From the NCBI GenBank assembly GCA_001823095.1, contig MHTL01000002.1, positions 1-49,598 on the forward strand: a stretch of 49,598 bases of DNA. The letters run 5' to 3'. This document shows positions 8,145-17,837 of this stretch, one piece after another. Under the pieces are notes generated by a model. That model saw only the letters and a list, made by a program, of their open reading frames with translations. It was not told the DNA's origin and made no database searches. Source of the DNA: Candidatus Vogelbacteria bacterium RIFOXYD1_FULL_51_18. Its GTDB lineage: Bacteria > Patescibacteriota > Minisyncoccia > Phycocordibacterales > UBA9988. Positions within the stretch are counted from its first letter, which is position 1. Every line of letters begins with the position of its first letter. Both the position numbers and the translations under genes were made by a program.

Positions 8145-8720
8145 CTAATTAGCTGATGATGTAGTAGTAGACGTAGTTGCCATGCTTGCTGGCGCAGTTA
8201 CTGTGCCGAGCGCTCCGGCAATGTCTTGCCGCGCAGCTTTGATTTTGGCAATTGCATCGGCAAGCAATTTGCGAGGCTCACCGATTTTCTTCTTGGCGTC
8301 GGAGAGGCCTTTCCGTACGTCGTCTCCTCCGAGCACGCTCTCAACGTCGGCCACAATCTTTTTTGCAGTGTCCGCAGTGTTTCCCAAAAGTGTCTTAGCG
8401 TCCACGAGATTCTTCTTTGCACTCTCCAACTTGGTTTGACCCTCAGCCGAGAGTCCGCGCGCCTCAATCTTTGCAATTCGCGTCTCCATGCGGGCAATGA
8501 TACTCTTGAGCACTTCAATGTGGCGGGCAATGTAGCCTCTAAGCCGCTCCGCCTTCATTTTTGCTATCCCTTTCCTGTTCTCTACTCTCTGTTGCGCTTG
8601 TCCCGCTTCCCTTTGCGGGGCTTGCCCCGCCGTAGGATTTGCCTGTGCCGACGCAATAGCCGGAGCAAGGCCGATGAGAACAAGGACGAGCGCGAGGCCG
8701 ATGGATAATCCTTTACGCAT
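8145..8720 (-). CDS. Secreted helical/coiled-coil hypothetical protein
   Basis: Signal peptide ending ASA-Q, Lys/Ala-rich helices. Confidence 0.75.
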   Translation of the reverse strand: MRKGLSIGLALVLVLIGLAPAIASAQANPTAGQAPQREAGQAQQRVENRKGIAKMKAERLRGYIARHIEVLKSIIARMETRIAKIEARGLSAEGQTKLESAKKNLVDAKTLLGNTADTAKKIVADVESVLGGDDVRKGLSDAKKKIGEPRKLLADAIAKIKAARQDIAGALGTVTAPASMATTSTTTSSAN

Positions 8721-8770
8721 ATTCTTATTTCTAGCTACTAATATGCCTACCTGTCCGCAGTATAGACGCT

Positions 8771-10783
8771 TTATGCCATCAGCGCAACCAAGAGGAGCGC
8801 AATGATGTTCAGTATCTTAATCATGGGATTAATGGCCGGCCCGGCCGTATCTTTATAGGGGTCGCCCACAGTATCGCCGGTTATGGCCGCCTTGTGCGCG
8901 TCAGAACCCTTCCCGCCCAAATGCCCTTCCTCAATGTACTTTTTGGCATTGTCCCAGGCGCCGCCGCCGGAGGTCATAGAAATGGCCACAAAGAGGCCGG
9001 TGATGATGCTCCCCACCAAAAGGCCGCCGAGGGCGATAGGTCCGAGAGTGTAGGCGACGATGATTGGCGCGAGCACCGGGATGAGCGCCGGGGCAATCAT
9101 CTCCTTAATCGCGGCGGCAGTAACAATATCAACACTCTTTTTGTAATCAGGTTGCGCAGTCCCCTGCATGATGCCGGGAATTTCCCTAAACTGTCTGCGC
9201 ACCTCCTCCACCACCTTCCCGGCAGTTTTCCCTACTGCTTCCATGGAGAGCGCCGCAAAATAGTAGGGGAGTAGCCCTCCGATAAAGAGCCCAACGATCA
9301 CCATGGGGTTCCCCAGAGAGAAGCTTGCAAAACTGATATCTGTTCGGAGCGCGGTAAGCTCCTGCGTGTAGGAGCTAAAGAGGACGAGCGCGGCAAGTCC
9401 TGCCGAGCCGATGGCATAACCCTTGGTCACCGCCTTGGTGGTGTTGCCCACCGCATCCAGGGGGTCGGTGACGTCGCGCACGTTCTTGGGGAGTCCCGCC
9501 ATCTCGGCAATGCCGCCGGCATTGTCGGTAATGGGACCAAAGGCGTCGATGGCAATAATGATGCCGGCAAGCGAGAGCATGCTCGTTGCCGCAACGGCGA
9601 TGCCGTAGAGCCCCGCCGCGTAGTGCGCCAACAGAATGCCGATGACAATGGTAATGAGGGGGAGCGCCGTTGCTTTCATGGAGACGGCAAGGCCTTGGAT
9701 GATGTTGGTGCCGTGTCCGGAGAGAGACGCTTTTGCAATTGACTGTACGGGCGCATATTTTGAGCCCGTGTAATACTCGGTAATAACCACAAGCGTGCCG
9801 GTGACAAAAAGTCCGGTGAGCCCTGCTCCGAAGAGAGCTCCTACACTAAAGAGCCCGTTACTCCCCATGAGCGCCTTGGTGAGCGGGTAGAGGAGCGCTG
9901 CCGCTAAGACTGCAGCCGCAATAAGGGCCTTGTAGAGGGCCCACATAATGTTCGTGCTCCCCGGTGAGAGTCTGGCAAACCATGTGCCGATAATGGAGGC
10001 AATAATGGCAATGCCGCCGATAGCGAGCGGGTAGATGATTGCCGGCGCGTAGCCCGGGAAGGTGAGCACGCCGAGCAGTATCGCCGCAACCAAAGTAACC
10101 ACATAGGTCTCAAAAAGGTCTGCCGCCATGCCGGCGCAGTCACCCACATTGTCACCCACATTGTCAGCAATAACAGCAGGATTGCGCGGATCGTCCTCGG
10201 GGATTCCAGCTTCAATCTTTCCCACAAGGTCGGCGCCTACATCAGCAGCTTTGGTAAAAATGCCGCCGCCGAGGCGGGCAAAGACCGAGATGAGGCTCGC
10301 GCCGAGCCCGAGCCCAATAAGGCCACGGACATTCCCTGTTATGGCGTAAAAACCGGAGACGGAGAGGAGCGCAAGTCCGACGACGAGGAATCCGGTAACC
10401 GAGCCGCCCCGGAAGGCAAGAGAGAGCGCTTGAGAGAGGCCCTTTTTAGCGGCCTCTGCCGTGCGGACGTTGGCCCGTACCGAGACATTCATCCCTATGT
10501 AACCGGCAAGCGCTGACGCGACGCCGCCGATGAGGAAGCCTATCCCCGTAAGGAGGTCAATAAAAACGGAGAGAATGATAAACAGGACAATGCCGATGGC
10601 AGCGATGCTGCGGTATTGGCGATTCAAATATGCCCGCGCACCCTCTTGGATGGCTGCTGCAATAGAGAGCATTTTTCCGTCTCCCGCCGGCTCGCGCGCA
10701 ATTCTCCGAGCAAGGCCGAGCCCATAGAGGAGCGCGACAGCGCCGGCCGCGATGGAAAAGATAAGGTAGTTGCTCATATACAT
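8771..10783 (-). CDS. hppA: Membrane-bound pyrophosphatase, probably K+-independent H+-PPase
   Basis: [41 protein letters not shown]; GNTTKA (Lys = K+-independent type). Confidence 0.95.
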   Translation of the reverse strand: MYMSNYLIFSIAAGAVALLYGLGLARRIAREPAGDGKMLSIAAAIQEGARAYLNRQYRSIAAIGIVLFIILSVFIDLLTGIGFLIGGVASALAGYIGMNVSVRANVRTAEAAKKGLSQALSLAFRGGSVTGFLVVGLALLSVSGFYAITGNVRGLIGLGLGASLISVFARLGGGIFTKAADVGADLVGKIEAGIPEDDPRNPAVIADNVGDNVGDCAGMAADLFETYVVTLVAAILLGVLTFPGYAPAIIYPLAIGGIAIIASIIGTWFARLSPGSTNIMWALYKALIAAAVLAAALLYPLTKALMGSNGLFSVGALFGAGLTGLFVTGTLVVITEYYTGSKYAPVQSIAKASLSGHGTNIIQGLAVSMKATALPLITIVIGILLAHYAAGLYGIAVAATSMLSLAGIIIAIDAFGPITDNAGGIAEMAGLPKNVRDVTDPLDAVGNTTKAVTKGYAIGSAGLAALVLFSSYTQELTALRTDISFASFSLGNPMVIVGLFIGGLLPYYFAALSMEAVGKTAGKVVEEVRRQFREIPGIMQGTAQPDYKKSVDIVTAAAIKEMIAPALIPVLAPIIVAYTLGPIALGGLLVGSIITGLFVAISMTSGGGAWDNAKKYIEEGHLGGKGSDAHKAAITGDTVGDPYKDTAGPAINPMIKILNIIALLLVALMA

Positions 10784-10784
10784 A

Positions 10785-11927
10785 TTATTCTTCTGCTGTT
10801 AATAGTTCCGGTGATGTAATGTCAATCTTCCAACCGGTAAGCTTGACGGCAAGGCGCACGTTTTGCCCACCCTTGCCCACAGCAAGCGAGAACTGGTCGG
10901 GGGCGACGTCCACTCTTGCCGCTCGTTCCGTTTCGTTCAGCTCAATGTTCAAGACCTTGGCGGGGGAGAGACCGTTTTCGATAAACTTCTTCGGGTCCTC
11001 TGACCACTCGGTGATGTCAATTTTCTCTCCACCAAGCTCGCTGATAACAGCGGTTACCCGAGCGCCGCGCTGACCAACGCAGGAGCCGACAGCGTCAATA
11101 TTTTGGTCGTGCGAGATCACAGCGAGCTTGGTGCGGGAGCCCGCTTCGCGGGCAATTGCTTTAATTTCCACAGTGCCTGTCGCAATTTCAGAAGCTTCGA
11201 TCGAAAAGAGCTTGGCCACAAACTGCGGGTGCGAGCGCGAGAGACGCAGAGAAATACCTCGGGGCGTATCTTCCACAGCGTAGAGATACGCCTTGATGTG
11301 CTCGCCTTGGCGGTAGTATTCGCCAGGGATTTGTTCTTCGCGTGGGAGGATAGCCACAGTGCGTCCGAGGTCCACAAAGATGGCGCCGCGCTCCATGCGT
11401 TGCACCTTGCCACTCACGATCTCTCCTTGCCGTGCCTCATATTCTCCGAGAATAGACGTTTTTTCTGCACGACGGATGCGCTGAATGATGACCTGTTTTG
11501 CAGTCTGGGCAGCGATGCGCCCGTAGTCTCCCTTTGCCTCTAAGGGGAAAATCAGCTCCTCGCCGGGGGCCACATCTTTTTTAATCTTTTTAGCATCATC
11601 CAGCATGATGTGGTGTTCCTCATTGAAGGTAACCTTGCGCTCGCTTGAGGGGAGCTCGCCTTCGGGCAGTTCAACAATCTCTTCGTCTTCTCCCTCTCCC
11701 GCCGCGCGTAGCATTGACTCGTCAACCACGATCTTGACCTGGTGAAACTCCGCATCCCCTGTTTTTTGATTGAAGGTAGCGCGGACAATTTGCCCTTTCT
11801 TGCCGTAATCCTTTTTATAGGCGGCAGCCAGGGCATCCTCAATGGCATGCAAAATCTCCTCGCGGGGGATGCCCCGCTCCTCCTCAAGCTCTCCGAGTGC
11901 GGCCTGTAAGGCCTTTAAATCCATCAT
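10785..11927 (-). CDS. nusA: Transcription termination/antitermination factor NusA
   Basis: [15 protein letters not shown]1 domain, [29 protein letters not shown]. Confidence 0.97.
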   Translation of the reverse strand: MMDLKALQAALGELEEERGIPREEILHAIEDALAAAYKKDYGKKGQIVRATFNQKTGDAEFHQVKIVVDESMLRAAGEGEDEEIVELPEGELPSSERKVTFNEEHHIMLDDAKKIKKDVAPGEELIFPLEAKGDYGRIAAQTAKQVIIQRIRRAEKTSILGEYEARQGEIVSGKVQRMERGAIFVDLGRTVAILPREEQIPGEYYRQGEHIKAYLYAVEDTPRGISLRLSRSHPQFVAKLFSIEASEIATGTVEIKAIAREAGSRTKLAVISHDQNIDAVGSCVGQRGARVTAVISELGGEKIDITEWSEDPKKFIENGLSPAKVLNIELNETERAARVDVAPDQFSLAVGKGGQNVRLAVKLTGWKIDITSPELLTAEE

Positions 11928-12123
11928 AGTGCTCTTTTTAGTAAATAAATCGCCCGTTCCCTCTCGGTACGGACGTAACAATCTTCCAGTAAGACCCCAG
12001 TATAGCACCTCCATACCGCCTGTCAATGTTATCCACCGTAGCCAGTGGGAGCAATATGGAGGACTTGCTATACTGTGAGGAAGGGAAAAATCCCATCATT
12101 ACTCGTTTACATAATTATTGCTC

Positions 12124-13206
12124 ATGAAAAAAATATTCTTCCTCACCGCAGTCGTTCTCGGCATCGTCGCCCTCTCCGCCAGCTGGCGGATTGCGTCTGC
12201 GCAAACGTGGACTGCCCCGCTCCTCGCGCCACCAAGCGGCAACACGCTCCCGCCGATTAACGTGGGGCCTGTCCAGCAGGAAAAAGTCGGTCCGCTCATT
12301 CTTAAAAATTCCAATGCCAATGTGCAGACACTCATTCTGCGTAACACTGACGGCAGGGGAGCAATCCAGGCAACTGACCTCCAAAATCGGCCTCGCTTCC
12401 AAATAAATACTGCGCAAGATGGTTCATGGCGCCTCTACGACTTTGCAGGAGGGGTATTTGAAAGCATCTGGTCTCGCGGAGGCAAAATCGGCATTGGCGG
12501 GAACTTCACCACCCTTGCCGAGTCTCTGGAAATAAGGGGAGCATTGCGGTTAGTCCCTATTGGCACTAGCGCCGGCACCAACTCAAACGCAAGCAACCCC
12601 GGCACCATTCGCTATAATACCAATACCGGAGATTTGGAGGGTTATACAGCAGAACCTTCAGCAAGCTGGAAGAGTTTGACGGTAGGTGCGTTACCCATCT
12701 GTTCTGAAGGCCAGACACTTAAGTCGGTAAGCGGAACATGGACGTGCAGCGATGGGGGGGCAGGGTGGAAGCAATATACAACTACCCTTGGGCCTGGAAC
12801 AGCACAATGGCAGGTTTTTAACATACCAAATGCAATAATGGATGATTATTGTCGTGATGAAAATGGTTGCAAGGTGGCAGTAGGCATGCGGAATTGGAAT
12901 TCAAGCAACCAAGGCCAAACTCTTATATCAGATCAGGCAGGGTACCTGGTGCTCTCTCGCACAGGAGGAAATCAATGGAGGTATTCTGTAACGTATGGAA
13001 CCGATGCTAGCGCAAATATCTATGGCGGCGGGGAAGAGCAGGTGTTCAATCAAAATCTCCAGAATTACGGCAATTGTATATTCTCTGATGCAGATACCGT
13101 CGATGCTTCAGGCAATAGGAGGGATACACAAGTAGGATGGTCGCTACTAAAAAATGGAGGCACTACAAATAGTTCGCTCTCCTGTCTCCTTATCCTCACT
13201 GACTAA
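12124..13206 (+). CDS. Secreted fibre-like hypothetical protein
   Basis: Signal peptide; WTAP..APPSGN..PPINVG..QEK motif; GKIGIG/GTIRYN beta-fibre-like segments; Cys-rich C-terminus. Confidence 0.75.
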   Translation: MKKIFFLTAVVLGIVALSASWRIASAQTWTAPLLAPPSGNTLPPINVGPVQQEKVGPLILKNSNANVQTLILRNTDGRGAIQATDLQNRPRFQINTAQDGSWRLYDFAGGVFESIWSRGGKIGIGGNFTTLAESLEIRGALRLVPIGTSAGTNSNASNPGTIRYNTNTGDLEGYTAEPSASWKSLTVGALPICSEGQTLKSVSGTWTCSDGGAGWKQYTTTLGPGTAQWQVFNIPNAIMDDYCRDENGCKVAVGMRNWNSSNQGQTLISDQAGYLVLSRTGGNQWRYSVTYGTDASANIYGGGEEQVFNQNLQNYGNCIFSDADTVDASGNRRDTQVGWSLLKNGGTTNSSLSCLLILTD

Positions 13207-13290
13207 TCCGCTATCAACAGGTCGGGCTTAAAGTATAGAAAGGGGTCTGGTATACTAGAAGAGTATTACCAGCCCTTTTCTTGTGTACAC

Positions 13291-14175
13291 ATGAAAAAAA
13301 TTATTTTTATATTAGCAACACTTCTCACGACGCCGTTTGCTCATGCCCAGTGGGTCGGGCCAGTCTACGCTCCGCCTGCTTGCCCTGCTGGCTCGCCCGG
13401 CTGTGACGCACCAATTAATGTTTCGGTGATTCCCCAGACCAAGGAGGGGGGGCTGACGCTTGGAGGGAAATTCAAATCTTTTAACCAACTATTGAATTTC
13501 AACAATAATACGTTTAATATCTTTGGCCGCGCTTTTGCCACAGGGAAAACTGCCGGCGATACGGGGGATGTATGCATAGACTCAAACAAAAACGGCATTT
13601 ATGACGCCAATGACCAGTGCATCTCGTCGTTTAAGCTTCCTGACCCGAACAGCTTTCTTGGCGAGGGAGGCGAGGCGTGGACACTCTATTATAATGCAGT
13701 TGAGAAAAAGTGGCTCCCAACGTGGCTCCTGCGTATCTACTCTGATGCGAGCACCAACCGAGACAGGAAGTTTGGCATGGTCGTGGTAGGCGAGCCAAGC
13801 CGGAGCAACATCGGGTGGGAAGCTCCGCCGGGTTCAGATAACTTATACAACTCATTCTGTACGCAATCAGGCATTTGTTATGACCGCAACGATGTCTCAT
13901 TCCGCGTGTGGGGCCCCGCAACCTTTGTGGGACCGTCGCAGAGCGCGGGGGCTATTGCCGCCGCAGAGCCGGCGCACCTGCACGATGACACCGCGGTACG
14001 CATCTTTGGCGAGGTGACGGGAACTGGCGGAGGCGTTGCGCCTACCGATGATCCCGCGCTGTGGGTAAACGGGAAGGTCGCCTTCCCAGCGCTCCCGGTG
14101 GATACCACCAACTCTGCAACACATTTTGTCATCAGTAACCCCAATGGCGTTCTCTATCTTAAACCGGCACAGTAA
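13291..14175 (+). CDS. Secreted hypothetical protein with the same N-terminal motif as 12124
   Basis: Signal peptide; QWVGP..APP...DAPINVS...QTKEGGL. Confidence 0.75.
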   Translation: MKKIIFILATLLTTPFAHAQWVGPVYAPPACPAGSPGCDAPINVSVIPQTKEGGLTLGGKFKSFNQLLNFNNNTFNIFGRAFATGKTAGDTGDVCIDSNKNGIYDANDQCISSFKLPDPNSFLGEGGEAWTLYYNAVEKKWLPTWLLRIYSDASTNRDRKFGMVVVGEPSRSNIGWEAPPGSDNLYNSFCTQSGICYDRNDVSFRVWGPATFVGPSQSAGAIAAAEPAHLHDDTAVRIFGEVTGTGGGVAPTDDPALWVNGKVAFPALPVDTTNSATHFVISNPNGVLYLKPAQ

Positions 14176-14797
14176 TTCTGTCGGAAGTGAGACCCGCCGC
14201 GGCGGGTCTCACTTCCTGCTGCCTGTTTTGGTGTTTAGTTTCTTTCTGCCTGTTGTTGCTTCTGCCGCAGTCCCTGCTGATCTCACAACCACAACCTACT
14301 ATATCAAGAGTGCGCCTGATGGTAGCCTGATGCGCACAGAGCGCGCTTTAGTTGGCTTTGAAATAAATGTGCGCAACGTTACTCCGTTAGCTTCATGGCA
14401 GAGTAATGCGCTGGTGCAGAGCCCGACGGTCGGCTCATCGCTTGTCTCGCGCTCTACGCTCTATGACCTCGGCGGCAACTGGATACTCGATAATCAGAGG
14501 CTCTGTGCAGGCGCTCCGCCGGCTGGCGGATGCAGCAATTTTCGTCTCAAGGGATTTTTGCAATACTATTCTATAGGCGCGCAGGTAACGGTGCGCGCTG
14601 TGCCCGCGCTTGGGTACCGTTTTATCAAGTGGACGGGCGTGCCCTACGGACTTACGGGAAGTATTTCCGGCCTCTCCACCGCATCCGGTCCTCGCGGCTT
14701 CGCACTCACGCCCTGCGCGGAGAGCATAAACCCCACCTGCAGTTTCAGAGTATCTAATCAACTCACGGGATTGCGAGCTGTGTTTGATAGGATCTAA
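14126..14797 (+). CDS. Secreted protein with divergent InlB B-repeat-like domain (start uncertain)
   Basis: YSIGAQVTVRAVPALGYRFIKWTG...C...PTCSF...AVF; hydrophobic signal h-region from about 14214. Confidence 0.65.
   Translation: MSSVTPMAFSILNRHSNSVGSETRRGGSHFLLPVLVFSFFLPVVASAAVPADLTTTTYYIKSAPDGSLMRTERALVGFEINVRNVTPLASWQSNALVQSPTVGSSLVSRSTLYDLGGNWILDNQRLCAGAPPAGGCSNFRLKGFLQYYSIGAQVTVRAVPALGYRFIKWTGVPYGLTGSISGLSTASGPRGFALTPCAESINPTCSFRVSNQLTGLRAVFDRI
14183..14216. repeat. REP-like perfect 34-bp palindrome
   Basis: GGAAGTGAGACCCGCCG|CGGCGGGTCTCACTTCC. Confidence 0.8.
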
Positions 14798-14860
14798 ACT
14801 TATCAACTATTTTACATCCGCCGCAGTCGGACTGCGGCGGATTATTGCTATACTAAATGC

Positions 14861-16615
14861 GTGCACACTGACCTAGAGCGGTTGAAAGTGTTTTTGGTTG
14901 ACTCCGGCTTGGTAAGCGAAGCCGATATTGATGCGGCCTCCGAGGAGGGACACACACGCAATCTTTCTTTCCAGGATATTCTCATTTCGCAGGGTAAGCT
15001 TTCTGAAGATGAGTTGCGCAAAGCGCAAGCGTATATCTTAGGCATCCCCTTTGTCTCACTTCAGGGGGAGAAAATAGATTTTTCCGTGCTCTCTACCATT
15101 CCCGAGCCGGTTGCTCGCAAATACAACATTGTCGCCTACAAGCGCAGTGAGACGGCGCTTGAGGTTGCCATGCTGGACACGGAAGACCTCGAGGCAATTG
15201 AGTTTGTAAAAAAGAGCGTGGGGCTGCGCATCCTTGCGCGACTCACCGACACCGAGAGTATGCGGCAGGCCCTCGTCCAATACCAAAAGAGTCTCAAGGC
15301 CGAGTTCGGCGACATCATCCAGAAAGAGGCCAAATCTATCACTGCGCTTTCCGAGAATATGAGTCCGGAAGAGGGCAAAGAAGCGCTCAAAAAAATGGCC
15401 GAGGACCTGCCCGTTGTGCGCATCGTGGACACCCTGCTCTCCCATGCGATCATTCAAAAGGCGTCCGACATCCACGTTGAGCAATACGAGCGGGAAGTGG
15501 TCATCCGCTACCGCATTGACGGCATTCTCCACGATGCCATGATCCTGCCGAAGAACGTCGGTCCCGGCATCATTGCGCGCGTTAAAGTGCTCTCTAGCCT
15601 GCGCCTGGATGAAAAGCGCCTCCCCCAAGACGGTCGCTTTAAAATAGATTCGCAAGGGACCAAGGTCTCTTTTCGCGTCTCCATACTCCCCACCTACTAC
15701 GGCGAGAAGGTGGTGATGCGCCTCCTCCCCGACGCGGTAAAGGGCTACACCCTGGAGGGGCTCGGCTTCCACGGGGCGGGGCTTGAACGCGTCCATGACG
15801 CAACGAGGAAGACGACGGGCATGATTCTCGTGACCGGCCCGACGGGGAGCGGCAAGTCAACCACGCTCTACACCATTTTGGATATTTTGAACAAGCCTGA
15901 CGTCAACATCTCCACTATTGAGGACCCGATTGAGTACCAGATGGCGCGCATCAACCAGACGCAAGTCAAGCCGGACATTGGTATGACCTTTGCCGCCGGC
16001 CTGCGTTCCCTCATGCGGCAGGACCCCGACATTATTATGGTGGGAGAAATCCGCGACAAAGAGACGGCAAATCTTGCGATCAACGCCGCGCTCACGGGCC
16101 ACCTCGTGCTCTCTACACTCCACACCAACTCGGCGGGGGCCACCATCCCGAGAATGCTCGATATGGGCGCCGAACCATTTCTCCTTGTGTCCACCATCAA
16201 TGTGATTGTCGCCCAGCGTCTCGTGCGCAAGCTCTGCAGGACGGAAAAGGAGGAATATCGGCTGACTGCCGCCGAGGCTGAAAAACTGGCAAAGGAAGTT
16301 GACCTCCCGCGAGTACTGAAAGTCCTTGAAGCGGAGTCTATTATTAGCCCCGGTACACCGATCACTGATGTTCCCTTCTTTAAGCCTAGACAAACTCCTG
16401 ACTGCCCCGAAGGTTATTCTGGCCGTATTGGCATCCACGAGATCATGGCCATGTCCCCCATCGTGAAGGACATGGTGATGAAGGGTGCAACAGCCGCGGC
16501 CATTGAGGAGCAGGGACGGAAGGAGGGGATGCTCTCTATGATGGAGGACGGCATTTATAAGGCGGCGCAGGGTATTACCACCATTGAGGAGGTGCTCCGC
16601 GTCGCAGCAGAGTAG
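14861..16615 (+). CDS. pilB: Type IV pilus assembly ATPase (PilB/GspE)
   Basis: ASDIH, RLPQDGR, Walker A GPTGSGKST, TIEDPIEY, RQDPDIIMVGEIRD, GHLVLSTLH. Confidence 0.93.
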   Translation: MHTDLERLKVFLVDSGLVSEADIDAASEEGHTRNLSFQDILISQGKLSEDELRKAQAYILGIPFVSLQGEKIDFSVLSTIPEPVARKYNIVAYKRSETALEVAMLDTEDLEAIEFVKKSVGLRILARLTDTESMRQALVQYQKSLKAEFGDIIQKEAKSITALSENMSPEEGKEALKKMAEDLPVVRIVDTLLSHAIIQKASDIHVEQYEREVVIRYRIDGILHDAMILPKNVGPGIIARVKVLSSLRLDEKRLPQDGRFKIDSQGTKVSFRVSILPTYYGEKVVMRLLPDAVKGYTLEGLGFHGAGLERVHDATRKTTGMILVTGPTGSGKSTTLYTILDILNKPDVNISTIEDPIEYQMARINQTQVKPDIGMTFAAGLRSLMRQDPDIIMVGEIRDKETANLAINAALTGHLVLSTLHTNSAGATIPRMLDMGAEPFLLVSTINVIVAQRLVRKLCRTEKEEYRLTAAEAEKLAKEVDLPRVLKVLEAESIISPGTPITDVPFFKPRQTPDCPEGYSGRIGIHEIMAMSPIVKDMVMKGATAAAIEEQGRKEGMLSMMEDGIYKAAQGITTIEEVLRVAAE

Positions 16616-16619
16616 CGCT

Positions 16620-17837
16620 ATGAAGTACTCATTCCGAGCAACAAACAGCGTGGGTGAGGAGGTCAATGGCGAACGGGACGCGCAGGATTCGCTCGGACTC
16701 TCCCGAGCGCTGCGCATGGAGGGACTCTCGCCAATACTCGTCAAACCTATCCCGCAAAAGAGAGAACTGCTGGACCAACTTCTTGGGTCTTTCAGGAGTC
16801 CCCTCTCTCTCCACGACAAAATACTCTTTGCGAGTAATCTTGGCGCCATGATTGAGGCGGGACTCTCACTCTCCCGCGCGCTTGAGGTTATTGAACGGCA
16901 GGGCGGGAGCACTCGCTCTAAGGCGGTTGTTCACACGATTGCCGAGCGGGTACGCGGCGGCGGGAGCCTCCATGATTCTCTTGCGCTATACTCAAACATT
17001 TTCCCGCCGATCTTTATTGCCATGGTTGCGGCGGGGGAGGAATCGGGCAAGCTCTCCCAGTCGCTCGGCATTATTTCCTCCCAACTTGAAAAGAGTTACG
17101 AACTGCGGCGCAAAATTCGCGGGGCTATGATGTACCCCGCAGTCATTGTTACGGTTATTATTCTCATCGGGATTCTCATGATGATTTACGTGGTGCCGAC
17201 GCTCACCGCGACTTTCAAGGACCTCGGCGTTGAGCTCCCGCTCTCCACGCGATTGGTGATTTGGTTCAGCGACTTCGTGAGCGCGCGCAAAATTTTCACA
17301 CTCCTCGCCTTCCCCGTTATTCTGCTTGGCTTCTGGCGTGGCCTAAAGATCCCGAGCGTGAAGCGTCTTTTTGAAATATTGGTCCTCAAACTCCCCCTCA
17401 TTTCGCCGCTCATACAAAAAATAAACTCGGCCATGACGATGCGCACCATTTCCTCGCTCGTTTCCTCCGGCGTCTCAATGGTGGAATCTCTGCGCATCAC
17501 CGAGGACGTACTGCAGAATCACGCCTACAGAGAACTGCTCCGGCATGCGCGCGAGAGCGTGCAGAAAGGGCTCCCGCTCTCTGCGAGTTTCCGCGGAAAT
17601 GAGAAACTCTACCCTATCCTTGTTGGAGAGCTCACGGCAGTCGGGGAGGAGACGGGAGACCTGCCCGGCATGCTCATGAAGGGGGCAGAATTTTATGAGA
17701 AGGAAGTGGAACAGGTGACCAAAAACCTCTCAACCATTATTGAGCCCGTGCTCATGGTGCTCATCGGTATTGTCGTCGGCTTTTTTGCTATCGCTATGCT
17801 TGGACCAATGTATTCGCTCACCGATGCAATCAAGTAG
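16620..17837 (+). CDS. pilC: Type IV pilus platform protein (PilC/GspF)
   Basis: AGEESGKL, AMMYP, VGEETGDL, IIEP; two T2SSF repeats. Confidence 0.93.
   Translation: MKYSFRATNSVGEEVNGERDAQDSLGLSRALRMEGLSPILVKPIPQKRELLDQLLGSFRSPLSLHDKILFASNLGAMIEAGLSLSRALEVIERQGGSTRSKAVVHTIAERVRGGGSLHDSLALYSNIFPPIFIAMVAAGEESGKLSQSLGIISSQLEKSYELRRKIRGAMMYPAVIVTVIILIGILMMIYVVPTLTATFKDLGVELPLSTRLVIWFSDFVSARKIFTLLAFPVILLGFWRGLKIPSVKRLFEILVLKLPLISPLIQKINSAMTMRTISSLVSSGVSMVESLRITEDVLQNHAYRELLRHARESVQKGLPLSASFRGNEKLYPILVGELTAVGEETGDLPGMLMKGAEFYEKEVEQVTKNLSTIIEPVLMVLIGIVVGFFAIAMLGPMYSLTDAIK

Noticed and set aside
11928-12026. N-terminal extension of NusA
   Set aside because: Overlaps the nusA promoter (TTGACA 12026-12021, TATACT 12004-11999) and a leader hairpin
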